Of a DNA stretch of 64,000 nt, positions 44,779 to 53,990 are shown piece by piece (within the stretch, counting starts at the first letter, position 1; every line of letters begins with the position of its first letter). Source of the DNA: Bacilli bacterium (GTDB lineage Bacteria; Bacillota_I; Bacilli_A; ML615J-28; CAG-313); assembly GCA_017398545.1 (NCBI GenBank), contig JAFQFT010000004.1, forward strand, positions 34,704 to 98,703. Reading direction: 5' to 3'. Made by a program: the position numbers and the translations under genes. The notes beneath the pieces were generated by a model. It saw only the letters and a list, made by a program, of their open reading frames with translations. It searched no databases and was not told where the DNA came from.

Positions 44779-46827
44779 ATGACGATAGGTAAACGAATTG
44801 CAAAATGCAGAAAAGAAAAAAATTATTCCCAAGAATATATAGCAGAATTACTTGAAGTTTCAAGACAAGCTGTAAGTAAATGGGAAACTGATCAAACAGA
44901 ACCTGATACTGGAAATTTAATTAAGCTAGCTAAAGTATTTAATGTAAGTGTTGAGTATCTTGCGAATGGTGAAAATCAAACTGAAAAAATTATTTTTGTC
45001 GAAAAAAAACTCCCGATATTTGAAATAATTGGATTAATTTTTTTGTCATTAGGTGGTTTAGTCACGATGATTGGCATTTTTATTCCATTGTTACTATTAA
45101 TAGGAGTGTTTGTAATAATTTTCGGAATATTATTGATATTTTTAAAAAAAGATGGAGCGATATTGTGTGTATGTATTCTTAGCTTAAGTGTTTTATTATT
45201 TATTGTTCAAGGAATATTTTGGGGAATTGATAATTATGTTGTATGCTTGATAGTTAGCTTGTCTACTTTATTGCCATTATTAACTTATGTCGTTTTTAAA
45301 ATGATATTTAAAATTAAACGTAAAGAATTTTGTAAACGATTATTTGATAATCAAAAAATAATTAAAAAAATTATTTTTATAGGTGGCACTTTAATTATTG
45401 TATTGACTATAACTATTGTTTTAGTTGTAATAGTTTCTAATAATCGAAATGAAAAGTGGGAAAAACAAAGGTGGTTTGATGAAAGTACATTATCGGATTG
45501 CTTGGTTTCACAATTACCAAAACCTCAAGATACCAAGTGTATTAATGTTAACAGTGATAAGATGCTGATGTATTTAGATGGTAACCAATATCATGCTTAT
45601 GCACTAAATATTTATAATTATCTTAAAAATCAAAAATTTAAACATCTTGGTACTCAAGGCGATTTTTTAGATGCAATAGAACAAAAAGATGTTTATGAAT
45701 TTATAACAGATAATGGTAATTATCAAAAGTTTTTGTTTGATAATAATGATTTTAAATTTATTTATAGTAATTCAGAAATTACTTCTGAAGGTTTCCTTGA
45801 TAGTTATGTGATTTATTTAAAATATGTTGGAGATTCTACACTAGTTGTTGGTAACAAGGAATATTTTTATAATACTGAATTAACGGTAGAACAAAATTAT
45901 TTAGATTACGTATATAAGTATAGAAGTTATTCTATCATCTATGATAATTATTATAAAGATTTGTTTGTGGATGTTTTACAAAGTGAATCATTGCCGGGTA
46001 AAGAAATGTATTTTTCTACAAAATGTGTTGATGAGTTTAAATATAAAGTACTTTTGAATGGAGAAATATTAGACAGCTATTTATGCGAAAATGGTATATT
46101 ATTTTATAAATTTATAATGCCAAATAAGAAAGCAGTTATTGATATAGAAATAGAAGATGAAAATCAAGATGAAAAAGAACCGAAATTAAAAGATTATTGT
46201 GATTGGTTAAATGTTATCAGTGTAAATAATATAAAATCTTTAGAAATAAATTATGCTAAGAATTTTAATGAAAACATTTCTACGTTTGAATATTTAATAA
46301 AGAACCAGTTAACAAAAGATATAACAATTATTAATTCTATTTTAAATGACTATCAAAATATTAATATCAAAAAAATAGAGACAGAGTTGATCGATGAATA
46401 TATTAATTCAACTGTTGTTACGTTTTTGCTAAATGATGATTCTACATATAGGATAAAATTTATTAATAATAAGTATATAGAAATCAATAATGATTACTAT
46501 GAAGTAAGCGCTATTCCAACTCTTTTACCTTATTTTAGTGAACAAATTCTTGATTTTTATTCGTTATGCTTAACACAAGAAGTTTATAATGTTTATTTTA
46601 ATAATGAAATTGTTGCAGAAACTGATATGTTAAGTGACTTGAAATTTAGCGAGTCTCTTGGTAAAAAAGATTATAGTATTAATGAATGTAAGTATAAAAT
46701 CGTTACTGAAATTGGAGAACTATATATTTACAATAATAATGAATTTATATTTGTTAATAACATTGATCAAACTACAGTTTATTATGAATTATTGAAATCA
46801 AGTTTTGATGAAATATTGACGATATAA
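44779..46827 (+). CDS. Membrane-tethered XRE-family HTH protein with a large extracytoplasmic domain
   Basis: N-terminal HTH_3 (IAKCRKEKNYSQEYIAELLEVSRQAVSKWETDQTEP). Several TM segments span residues from about 75 to 220. The remaining ~460 aa belong to no recognised family. Confidence 0.7.
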   Translation: MTIGKRIAKCRKEKNYSQEYIAELLEVSRQAVSKWETDQTEPDTGNLIKLAKVFNVSVEYLANGENQTEKIIFVEKKLPIFEIIGLIFLSLGGLVTMIGIFIPLLLLIGVFVIIFGILLIFLKKDGAILCVCILSLSVLLFIVQGIFWGIDNYVVCLIVSLSTLLPLLTYVVFKMIFKIKRKEFCKRLFDNQKIIKKIIFIGGTLIIVLTITIVLVVIVSNNRNEKWEKQRWFDESTLSDCLVSQLPKPQDTKCINVNSDKMLMYLDGNQYHAYALNIYNYLKNQKFKHLGTQGDFLDAIEQKDVYEFITDNGNYQKFLFDNNDFKFIYSNSEITSEGFLDSYVIYLKYVGDSTLVVGNKEYFYNTELTVEQNYLDYVYKYRSYSIIYDNYYKDLFVDVLQSESLPGKEMYFSTKCVDEFKYKVLLNGEILDSYLCENGILFYKFIMPNKKAVIDIEIEDENQDEKEPKLKDYCDWLNVISVNNIKSLEINYAKNFNENISTFEYLIKNQLTKDITIINSILNDYQNINIKKIETELIDEYINSTVVTFLLNDDSTYRIKFINNKYIEINNDYYEVSAIPTLLPYFSEQILDFYSLCLTQEVYNVYFNNEIVAETDMLSDLKFSESLGKKDYSINECKYKIVTEIGELYIYNNNEFIFVNNIDQTTVYYELLKSSFDEILTI

Positions 46828-46905
46828 TTAGAGTTGGTTATAAAAAATATAATTTAATAAGTTGTTATTTTAGTGTTTATTTTGCACGAAAAAAGAACAT
46901 TATAT

Positions 46906-46934
46906 TTGACTTTAATAGGAAAATAGTGTAAAAT
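46906..46934 (+). promoter_or_regulatory. rplK-rplA promoter
   Basis: -35 TTGACT (46906-46911), 17-nt spacer, -10 TAAAAT (46929-46934). Confidence 0.65.
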
Positions 46935-46980
46935 ATATTCGCGTGCTTTGACGCATATATACTATGAATTAATTTTTATA

Positions 46981-47025
46981 TGTGTGGGAGAACATCATAG
47001 TGTTCATAAACCACATCACGGACAA
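46981..47025 (+). promoter_or_regulatory. L1-binding-site-like element in the rplK leader
   Basis: GTGGGAG, 15 nt, then ATAAACCACAT followed by CACGGAC. It shares GTGGGAG ... ATAA(A)CCACAT with the element at 47550-47585. Confidence 0.45.
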
Positions 47026-47044
47026 TTAAAAGGAGGTGTGTCGC

Positions 47045-47476
47045 GTGGCTAAAGTTAAACAAATTAAAAAAGTTGTTAAACTTCAAATCGCTGCAGGAAA
47101 AGCCAATCCGGCTCCACCAGTTGGTCCAGCTCTTGGGCAAGCAGGTGTAAACATCCAACAATTCTGTAGTCAATTCAATGATAAGACTGCAAGCATGGCT
47201 GGTTACGTAGTACCTGTTGAAATCTATGTTTATGATGACAGAAGTTTCACATTTATTACTAAAACTCCACCTGCATCAGACCTTTTAAAGAAGGCTGCTA
47301 ATGTTCAAAAAGGTTCTGCAAACTCTAAGAAAACTAAGGTTGCTACTATTACTAGAGCAAAATTATTAGAAATTGCACAAACTAAGCTACCTGATTTAAA
47401 TGCATATGATGTAGAAAGTGCTGCTAGAATTATTGAAGGTACTGCAAGACAAATGGGAATCGTTGTAGAAGACTAA
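47045..47476 (+). CDS. rplK: 50S ribosomal protein L11
   Basis: GTG 47045 lies 8 nt after AGGAGG and gives [32 protein letters not shown]. The ORF-track start 47036 falls at the last base of the SD. Confidence 0.95.
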   Translation: MAKVKQIKKVVKLQIAAGKANPAPPVGPALGQAGVNIQQFCSQFNDKTASMAGYVVPVEIYVYDDRSFTFITKTPPASDLLKKAANVQKGSANSKKTKVATITRAKLLEIAQTKLPDLNAYDVESAARIIEGTARQMGIVVED

Positions 47477-47549
47477 TTCTTTTATAATCAATTTCTGTAC
47501 AAGATCGATTTGAGTTAAGAAGAATTATTCTTCTTTGTAAAAATCTCTT

Positions 47550-47585
47550 GTTGTGGGAGGAGACTCCGTTATAACCACATTAAGG
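47550..47585 (+). promoter_or_regulatory. L1-binding-site-like element just upstream of rplA
   Basis: GTTGTGGGAGGAGACTCCGTTATAACCACAT abuts the rplA SD. GGGAG...GAC resembles the 23S L1-stalk mimic used for L1 autoregulation. Confidence 0.5.
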
Positions 47586-47597
47586 AGGAAATGAAAA

Positions 47598-48290
47598 ATG
47601 GCTAAAAGAGGTAAAAAATACCTAGAAGCAGCTAAATTAGTGGATAGTAACAAGAAATATTCATTAGATGAAGCTGTAGAACTAGTAAAAAAGACTAGCA
47701 TTGTTAAATTTGATGCAACTGTTGAAGCTGCATTCAGATTAAATATTGACCCTCGTAAGGCAGAACAAAACTTACGTGGTGCTGTATCACTACCTCACGG
47801 AACAGGTAAAACTGTTAGAGTATTAGTAATCGCTCGTGGTGCTAAAGCTAAAGAAGCTCTAGATGCTGGTGCTGATTATGCAGGTGATGCAGAATACCTT
47901 GAAAAAATCAAAATGGGTTGGTTCGAATTTGATATGATTATCGCAACTCCAGATATGATGGGTGAACTTGGTAAACTTGGACGTGTATTAGGTCCTAAAG
48001 GTTTAATGCCAAACCCTAAAACTGGTACAGTTACAATGAATATCGAACAAACTGTTAAAGAATTCAAGGCTGGTAAAGTTGAATATCGTACTGACAAAGT
48101 TGGTAATATCCAAGTTCCAGTTGGTAAAGTTTCATTCAGTGATGAAGCTTTAAAAGAAAATATTCAAGCTATTTACCGTCAATTATTACGTATTAAACCT
48201 TCAACTGTTAAAGGTGTTTACGTACTAAGTGCTAATGTTACTTCTACTATGGGTCCAGGCGTTAAAGTTGACTCAAGTACAATTGCGTAA
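47598..48290 (+). CDS. rplA: 50S ribosomal protein L1
   Basis: MAKRGKKY... and [11 protein letters not shown] motifs. Confidence 0.97.
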   Translation: MAKRGKKYLEAAKLVDSNKKYSLDEAVELVKKTSIVKFDATVEAAFRLNIDPRKAEQNLRGAVSLPHGTGKTVRVLVIARGAKAKEALDAGADYAGDAEYLEKIKMGWFEFDMIIATPDMMGELGKLGRVLGPKGLMPNPKTGTVTMNIEQTVKEFKAGKVEYRTDKVGNIQVPVGKVSFSDEALKENIQAIYRQLLRIKPSTVKGVYVLSANVTSTMGPGVKVDSSTIA

Positions 48291-48344
48291 CATTATTTAA
48301 TAAAATTAATCAAAGTAAAATTCATAAGTATTATATAATGTCTC

Positions 48345-48465
48345 TGCCGTAGACAGTAGGAGTGATTGAAAATAAGACAGTTTCAATTACTTAAAAGGTA
48401 CATCCTACCGAGGATAAAAATGTTTCCTAAATGGCAAGTGTCTTTTAGGAAGAAATTTTCAGGAG
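48345..48465 (+). promoter_or_regulatory. Ribosomal protein L10 leader (rplJL autoregulatory RNA)
   Basis: GCCGTAGACAGTAGG ... CCTACCGAGG pairing segments and a long leader upstream of rplJ. From memory, this matches the Bacillota L10-leader pattern. Confidence 0.65.
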
Positions 48466-48474
48466 GTGAAAACA

Positions 48475-48960
48475 ATGAATGAAGCGACTATCGCTAAGAA
48501 ACAAGAAGAGGTTCTAGCTGTTGTTAATAAAATCAATGGCGCTAGTTCCACATTATTCGTTGATTACCTAGGATTAACTGTAGCAGAAGTTTCACAACTT
48601 CGTGTTAAGTTACATGCTGAAAACTGTGAAATGAAAGTAACAAAAAATAACATTTTAAGACGTGCGGTTCAAGAAATTGGATGCACAGGTGTTGAAGAAC
48701 ACTTAGTTGGTCCATGTGCTTACGTTACTGCACCTGATGAAGTTACAGCTGCAAAACTTGTTTATGAATTTGCGAAAGATCATGACAAATTAAGCGTTAA
48801 AGCTGGTATCGTTAACGGTGCTTATATGACTGAAGCTCAAATGGCTGCTCTTGCAAAACTACCAAACAAACTTGGTATGGTTTCAATGTTATTATCTGTA
48901 CTACAAGCTCCAGTTCGTGGACTTGCAGTTGCTCTTAATGCAGTTTCAGAACAAAAGTAA
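48475..48960 (+). CDS. rplJ: 50S ribosomal protein L10
   Basis: ATG 48475 lies 8 nt after AGGAGG. The ORF-track GTG 48466 overlaps the SD. Confidence 0.95.
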   Translation: MNEATIAKKQEEVLAVVNKINGASSTLFVDYLGLTVAEVSQLRVKLHAENCEMKVTKNNILRRAVQEIGCTGVEEHLVGPCAYVTAPDEVTAAKLVYEFAKDHDKLSVKAGIVNGAYMTEAQMAALAKLPNKLGMVSMLLSVLQAPVRGLAVALNAVSEQK

Positions 48961-49001
48961 ATCATTAATTTTTAAAATTTAATTTTAGGAGGAAAAACGA
49001 A

Positions 49002-49370
49002 ATGGCAAAGTTTAGTGTTGAAGAATTTATCAGTGCTATTAAAGAAATGAGCGTATTAGAATTAAACGAATTAGTAAAAGCAATCGAAGAAGAATTTGGT
49101 GTAAGTGCTGCTGCTCCAGTTGCTGTTGCAGGTGTTGCTGCTGCTGAAGAACAAGGACCAAGTGAAGTTGATGTTGTATTAAAATCAGCTGGTGCTAACA
49201 AATTAGCAGTTATCAAATTAGTTCGTGAAATTACTGGCTTAGGCTTAAAAGAAGCTAAAGACTTAGTAGACAACGCTCCAAAAGCTGTTAAAGAAAAGAT
49301 TGATCCAGAAGAAGCTAAAGCTATCGCTGACAAATTAACAGAAGCTGGCGCTGAAGTTGAAGTTAAATAA
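49002..49370 (+). CDS. rplL: 50S ribosomal protein L7/L12
   Basis: Ala-rich hinge ([15 protein letters not shown]) and a C-terminal domain ending GAEVEVK. Confidence 0.97.
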   Translation: MAKFSVEEFISAIKEMSVLELNELVKAIEEEFGVSAAAPVAVAGVAAAEEQGPSEVDVVLKSAGANKLAVIKLVREITGLGLKEAKDLVDNAPKAVKEKIDPEEAKAIADKLTEAGAEVEVK

Positions 49371-49397
49371 TTAACTTAAAACTTTATCATAACTAAT

Positions 49398-49434
49398 AAA
49401 ATCTCTACATTAAGTTGTAGAGATTTTTTCTTTT
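49398..49434 (+). terminator. Intrinsic terminator after rplL
   Basis: AAATCTCTACA / TGTAGAGATTT stem plus a T-run. Confidence 0.8.
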
Positions 49435-49503
49435 ATATTGTTTTACAAATTGGTTGAAATGTGATAAAATATATATAGAAAAAAAGTTAAAAAAGAGGAA
49501 AAA

Positions 49504-50097
49504 ATGGCAAATCAATATTTTGAAAATAATGAAAAATTAAGTAGTGAAATTAGAGAAATTTCATATTATTTTAAAGGGGTTAAAATATCATTCTTTGCAG
49601 ATAATGGTGTTTTTTCTAAAAGTGGGATTGACTTTGGTAGCAATCTACTTTTGAAAACAATTAGTCTTGATGGTGCTAAGAATATTCTTGATGTGGGTTG
49701 TGGCTATGGAACGATTGGAGTAACGCTTGCTAAAATAAATAGTGATATCAATGTTACCATGGTTGATGTGAATTTGCGTGCGATTGGACTATGTAAACTT
49801 GCTATTGAAAAAAATGGGTTAAAAAATGCTTTAGTTTTTGAAAGTAATGTTTATGAAAACGTTGTTGAAAAGTATGATGTTATTGTTTCAAATCCACCGA
49901 TTAGGGCAGGTAAAAGCGTGGTACATAACATTATATTAGGTGCATATGATCATTTGGTTGAAGATGGTTCTATGTGGTGTGTTATTCAAAAGAAACAAGG
50001 TGCAGACTCTGCTAAAAAAGCTTTAAAAGAACTATATAAAAGTGTTGAAGTTGTAGAAAAAGATAAGGGTTATGAGATTATAAAAGCTACTAAATAA
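49504..50097 (+). CDS. Class I SAM-dependent (RsmC/RlmG-type, YbxB-like) rRNA methyltransferase
   Basis: Motifs VLDVGCGYGTIG and VSNPPIRAG. Position between rplL and rpoB matches B. subtilis ybxB. Confidence 0.8.
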   Translation: MANQYFENNEKLSSEIREISYYFKGVKISFFADNGVFSKSGIDFGSNLLLKTISLDGAKNILDVGCGYGTIGVTLAKINSDINVTMVDVNLRAIGLCKLAIEKNGLKNALVFESNVYENVVEKYDVIVSNPPIRAGKSVVHNIILGAYDHLVEDGSMWCVIQKKQGADSAKKALKELYKSVEVVEKDKGYEIIKATK

Positions 50098-50129
50098 GAG
50101 AAAAAACTTTAGGTTTTCTCTTATTTTTG
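50096..50129 (+). terminator. Intrinsic terminator
   Basis: AAGAGAAAA / TTTTCTCTT stem followed by ATTTTTG. Confidence 0.7.
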
Positions 50130-50180
50130 TTTTTTAGATAAAAAATTCCTATAAAAATTACTAAAAAAAGTATATTTTAC

Positions 50181-50209
50181 TTGACAAAAAATCAGTTCTT
50201 TGGTAAAAT
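50181..50209 (+). promoter_or_regulatory. rpoBC promoter
   Basis: -35 TTGACA (50181-50186), 17-nt spacer, TGn-extended -10 TAAAAT (50204-50209). Confidence 0.7.
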
Positions 50210-50293
50210 AAGTAAGATATGATACAATGAGGTAATTTCGTTTTAAAAATATTACCCCTTTGTACTTAGAATTTGAAAAAGAGGTGGAGAATT

Positions 50294-53200
50294 TTGAGTT
50301 ACAAAAATGTTCAGTATGGTAGAAAAAATGTTAGAAGAAATTATGCACGTGTTCAAACTAACATTGAGTTACCTAATTTAATTGAAGTCCAAACTGAATC
50401 TTTCAAATGGTTATTAGGTGAAGGACTTGCGACATTATTTAGAGAACTATCACCAATTAAAGATCATGGTGATGGTGAAAAATTTGAGCTAAGCTTTTTA
50501 GAACATGAATTTAGCGAACCTAAATATAGTATTGCGGAAGCTAAAATGCACAATGTTAACTATTCACGTCAATTATATTGTAAAGTTGCTTTAGAAAATA
50601 AAGAAACTGGTGAGTTAAAAGAAGATAAGGTGTTTATGGGTGATTTCCCTGTGATGACTCCTACTGGTACTTTTATTATTCATGGTTCAGAACGTGTAAT
50701 TGTTACTCAAATTGTTCGTTCTGCTGGTGTATTCTTTTCTAAAGAAGTAGATAAAAAATCTGGTCAAGCATTATTTGCTGGTCAAATCATCCCAACTCGT
50801 GGTATTTGGATTGAATTTGAAATGGGTAGCAAAGATATTTGGTATGCAAAAATTGACCGTACAAAGAAAATACCTCTAGTAACATTTATTCGTGCATTAG
50901 GTGTTCCTGGAAACTCAGATATGATTAGTTTATTCTTCGGTGAAGATTCTGATAAATATCCAATTCCTCAAAGTTTATTAAGATTCTTTATGAATTCTGC
51001 TGAAAAAGATGATTCATTTGGTGAAGATGGAGCTATTAAAGTTGTTTATGACAATTTAAGACAAGGTGAAAAAACTTCTCCAGATGCAGCAAGAAAGTTT
51101 ATTGCAAGCCGCTTATTTGAAGTTCGTAGATATGACCTTGCAAACGTTGGGCGTTATAAAATTAACGATAAGTTAGATGTTGTTAAACGTGCAATTGGTA
51201 ATAGACTTGCAGATGATTTAATTAATCTTGAAACTGGTGAAGTGATTTTAGAAGCTGGTACTGAAATTAGTCGTAAGGCTATTGTTGAAGTAAATGGTGT
51301 AGAACAAGTTATTGATACTGTTGAAATCTTAAACAATAATCGTGAACATTTCCGTAAGACATTTGAATATGAATTAATGCTTGAAGGTAGTGGTGTTACA
51401 CTTGAAGTATTAGACGTTATTGTAAAATCTATGGAAGGTGAAGTTAAAGTTAGACTAATTGGTAATGATCAAAGAGAAGATGCATGTCACGTTGTTCTTT
51501 CTGATATTTTTGCATCTATTTCATACTTCTTTAATTTACATGTAGGTGTTGGTAGAACAGATGATATTGACCACTTAGGTAATAGACGTCTTCGTTTAAT
51601 TGGTGAATTATTACAAAATGAATTTAGAACTGGTTTTATTAAACTAGAAAAGAATATTCGTGATAAGATGAGTACTGCTGTTGAAGTTAAGAGTGTTTCT
51701 CCTCAAAACTTAATTAACAATCGTCCGCTTGTTGCGACAATTCAAGAATTCTTTGGTACAAGCCAATTATCACAATTCATGGACCAAATCAATCCACTTG
51801 CAGAATTAACTCATAAACGTCGTATTTCTGCCCTTGGTAAAGGTGGTATTTCACGTGATAGAGCTGGTTTCGAAGTACGTGACGTACATCCATCACATTA
51901 TGGTCGTATTTGTCCGGTAGAAACACCGGAAGGTCAAAACATCGGGTTAATTAACTCACTAGCATCATATTCACGTGCGAATAAGTTTGGTTTTATTGAA
52001 ACTCCTTACTTAGTTGTTAAGAATAACAAAAATGATGAAGATTATAAGGCAGGTAAAGTTCCTGCTAAAGTATGGATTACAGATGAAGTTGTTTATCTAA
52101 ATGCATATGATGAAGAAAAATATACAATTGCCCAAGCTAACGTTGGTATGATGACTGATCCTAAAACAAATGAAATTTTAATTGTTGATGATAAAGTTAT
52201 CGCAAGACGTGGTGGGGAATTTACAGAACTTACTAAGATGGATGTTGATTTAGTTGACGTTTCACCTAAACAAGTTGTTGCGGTTGGTACTGCTTGTATT
52301 CCATTCCTAGAACACGATGATACAACTCGTGCACTAATGGGTGCGAACATGCAACGTCAAGCAATCCCTCTACTTAAACCTGAAGCACCATTTGTTGGTA
52401 CTGGTATTGAATACAAAGTTGCTCATGATTCAGGTGTTGCATTAATCTGTGATTGTGATGGTACTGTTGTATCAGTTGATGGTTTAAAAATTGTAGTTCA
52501 AGATAATAATGGTGTAAATCATACATATGATTTATTAAAATATGAACGTTCTAATAACTCTACTTGTGCTAACCAACGTCCAATTGTAGAACCTGGTGAA
52601 AAGGTAAAAGTTGGAGACATTTTAGCTGATGGTCAATCAATGGAACAAGGTGAACTTGCTCTTGGTCGTAATGTTGTTATTGCATTTATGACATGGCATG
52701 GTTATAACTTTGAAGATGCTGTTATCATGAGTGAAAGAATGGTTCAAGATGATGTTTATACTTCAATTCATATTGAAGAATATACTTGTGAAGCACGTGA
52801 TACTAAACTTGGTAAAGAAGTAATCACTCGTGACTTAGAAGGTGAAGCTCATTCATCAGTTCAAAATCTAGATGAAAATGGTATTGTTATTTTAGGTTCT
52901 GAAGTTAAAGAAGGAGATACTTTAGTTGGTAAACTAACTCCTAAAGGATTAACTGAACCAAGCCCTGAAGAACGTCTTAGTCAAGCATTATTTGCTGATA
53001 ATTCTAAAGAAGTTAGAATTTCTTCGTTAAAAGTTCCTCATGGCGGTAGCGGTATTGTTAATAAAATTGAACGTTTCAATCGTAAATCTGGTGCAGAATT
53101 ACCACCAGGAGTAAATGAAGTTGTTCGTGTTTATATTGTTCAAAAGCGTAAGATTTCTGAAGGTGACAAGATGTCAGGTCGTCATGGTAACAAAGGGGTT

Positions 53201-53965
53201 ATCTCTAATATTGTTCCAATTGAAGATATGCCATTTATGTCAGATGGTACTCCAGTAGATATTATGTTAAATCCACAAGGGGTTCCTTCACGTATGAACA
53301 TTGGGCAAGTTCTTGAAATCCATTTAGGTATGGCTGCTAAAAAACTAGGTGTTAAAGTAGCAAGTCCAGTATTTGATGGTGTTACTAAGAAAGATTTAGT
53401 TGAAATTATGAATGAAGCTCGTGAAAAAGATATCCATGATGGTATGCTTGATTCACGTAATAAACGTGCTATCATTGATGAAAATGGTAAAACATATCTT
53501 TATGATGGTAGAACAGGTCGTCAATTTGACCATAAGATTTCAGTTGGTGTAATGTACATGATTAAACTTGCACACATGGTTGATGACAAACTACATGCTC
53601 GTAGTGAAGGTCCTTATACACTTGTTACACAACAACCAATGGGTGGTAAGGCGCAAAACGGGGGCCAAAGATTTGGTGAAATGGAAGTTTGGGCTCTAGA
53701 AGCATATGGTGCTGCACATACATTACAAGAAATGATGACTATTAAGTCAGATGATATTATTGGACGTAATAAAGTTTATAAAGCTATCGTTGATGGTGAT
53801 CCAATTCCTGAAGCAGGAGTTCCAGAAGCATTCCGTGCAATGGTTAAGGAACTTCAAGGTCTAGGTTTAAGTGTTAAATTAATTGACCAAGATGGAAATG
53901 ATGTTGTTAACGAAAGTTTAGTAGATCAATTTACAGAGGCACAAGCTAGTAAGCGCGGCCTATAG
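50294..53965 (+). CDS. rpoB: DNA-directed RNA polymerase subunit beta
   Basis: The probable start is TTG 50294, downstream of GAGGTGGA (50281-50288), giving MSYKNVQYGRKNVRRNYARV. The ORF-track start 50273 lies upstream of that SD. Conserved beta motifs run throughout (GRHGNKGVIS, KSDDIIGR). Confidence 0.95.
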   Translation: MSYKNVQYGRKNVRRNYARVQTNIELPNLIEVQTESFKWLLGEGLATLFRELSPIKDHGDGEKFELSFLEHEFSEPKYSIAEAKMHNVNYSRQLYCKVALENKETGELKEDKVFMGDFPVMTPTGTFIIHGSERVIVTQIVRSAGVFFSKEVDKKSGQALFAGQIIPTRGIWIEFEMGSKDIWYAKIDRTKKIPLVTFIRALGVPGNSDMISLFFGEDSDKYPIPQSLLRFFMNSAEKDDSFGEDGAIKVVYDNLRQGEKTSPDAARKFIASRLFEVRRYDLANVGRYKINDKLDVVKRAIGNRLADDLINLETGEVILEAGTEISRKAIVEVNGVEQVIDTVEILNNNREHFRKTFEYELMLEGSGVTLEVLDVIVKSMEGEVKVRLIGNDQREDACHVVLSDIFASISYFFNLHVGVGRTDDIDHLGNRRLRLIGELLQNEFRTGFIKLEKNIRDKMSTAVEVKSVSPQNLINNRPLVATIQEFFGTSQLSQFMDQINPLAELTHKRRISALGKGGISRDRAGFEVRDVHPSHYGRICPVETPEGQNIGLINSLASYSRANKFGFIETPYLVVKNNKNDEDYKAGKVPAKVWITDEVVYLNAYDEEKYTIAQANVGMMTDPKTNEILIVDDKVIARRGGEFTELTKMDVDLVDVSPKQVVAVGTACIPFLEHDDTTRALMGANMQRQAIPLLKPEAPFVGTGIEYKVAHDSGVALICDCDGTVVSVDGLKIVVQDNNGVNHTYDLLKYERSNNSTCANQRPIVEPGEKVKVGDILADGQSMEQGELALGRNVVIAFMTWHGYNFEDAVIMSERMVQDDVYTSIHIEEYTCEARDTKLGKEVITRDLEGEAHSSVQNLDENGIVILGSEVKEGDTLVGKLTPKGLTEPSPEERLSQALFADNSKEVRISSLKVPHGGSGIVNKIERFNRKSGAELPPGVNEVVRVYIVQKRKISEGDKMSGRHGNKGVISNIVPIEDMPFMSDGTPVDIMLNPQGVPSRMNIGQVLEIHLGMAAKKLGVKVASPVFDGVTKKDLVEIMNEAREKDIHDGMLDSRNKRAIIDENGKTYLYDGRTGRQFDHKISVGVMYMIKLAHMVDDKLHARSEGPYTLVTQQPMGGKAQNGGQRFGEMEVWALEAYGAAHTLQEMMTIKSDDIIGRNKVYKAIVDGDPIPEAGVPEAFRAMVKELQGLGLSVKLIDQDGNDVVNESLVDQFTEAQASKRGL

Positions 53966-53990
53966 AAATATAAAATAGGAGGAATTCCTT

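Noticed and set aside
46976-47173. Minus-strand 65-aa ORF overlapping the rplK leader and 5' end.
   Set aside because: It is antisense to a highly conserved ribosomal protein gene and its regulatory leader, with no SD. This is a typical shadow ORF.
48965-49333. Minus-strand 122-aa ORF exactly antisense to rplL. Similar antisense or out-of-frame ORFs occur within other genes: 1694-1936, 2081-2308, 2224-2433, 5095-5388, 11945-12139, 12377-12631, 13114-13311, 23403-23615, 27158-27361, 27439-27621, 27517-27699, 28194-28382, 28441-28764, 37441-37668, 38109-38348, 42521-42703, 43899-44093, 47876-48097, 51154-51336, 52093-52350, 53182-53475, 57596-57934 and 60706-60906.
   Set aside because: All lie wholly inside well-supported conserved CDSs, lack SD sequences and have low-complexity, compositionally skewed translations. 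They are shadow ORFs produced by codon bias.
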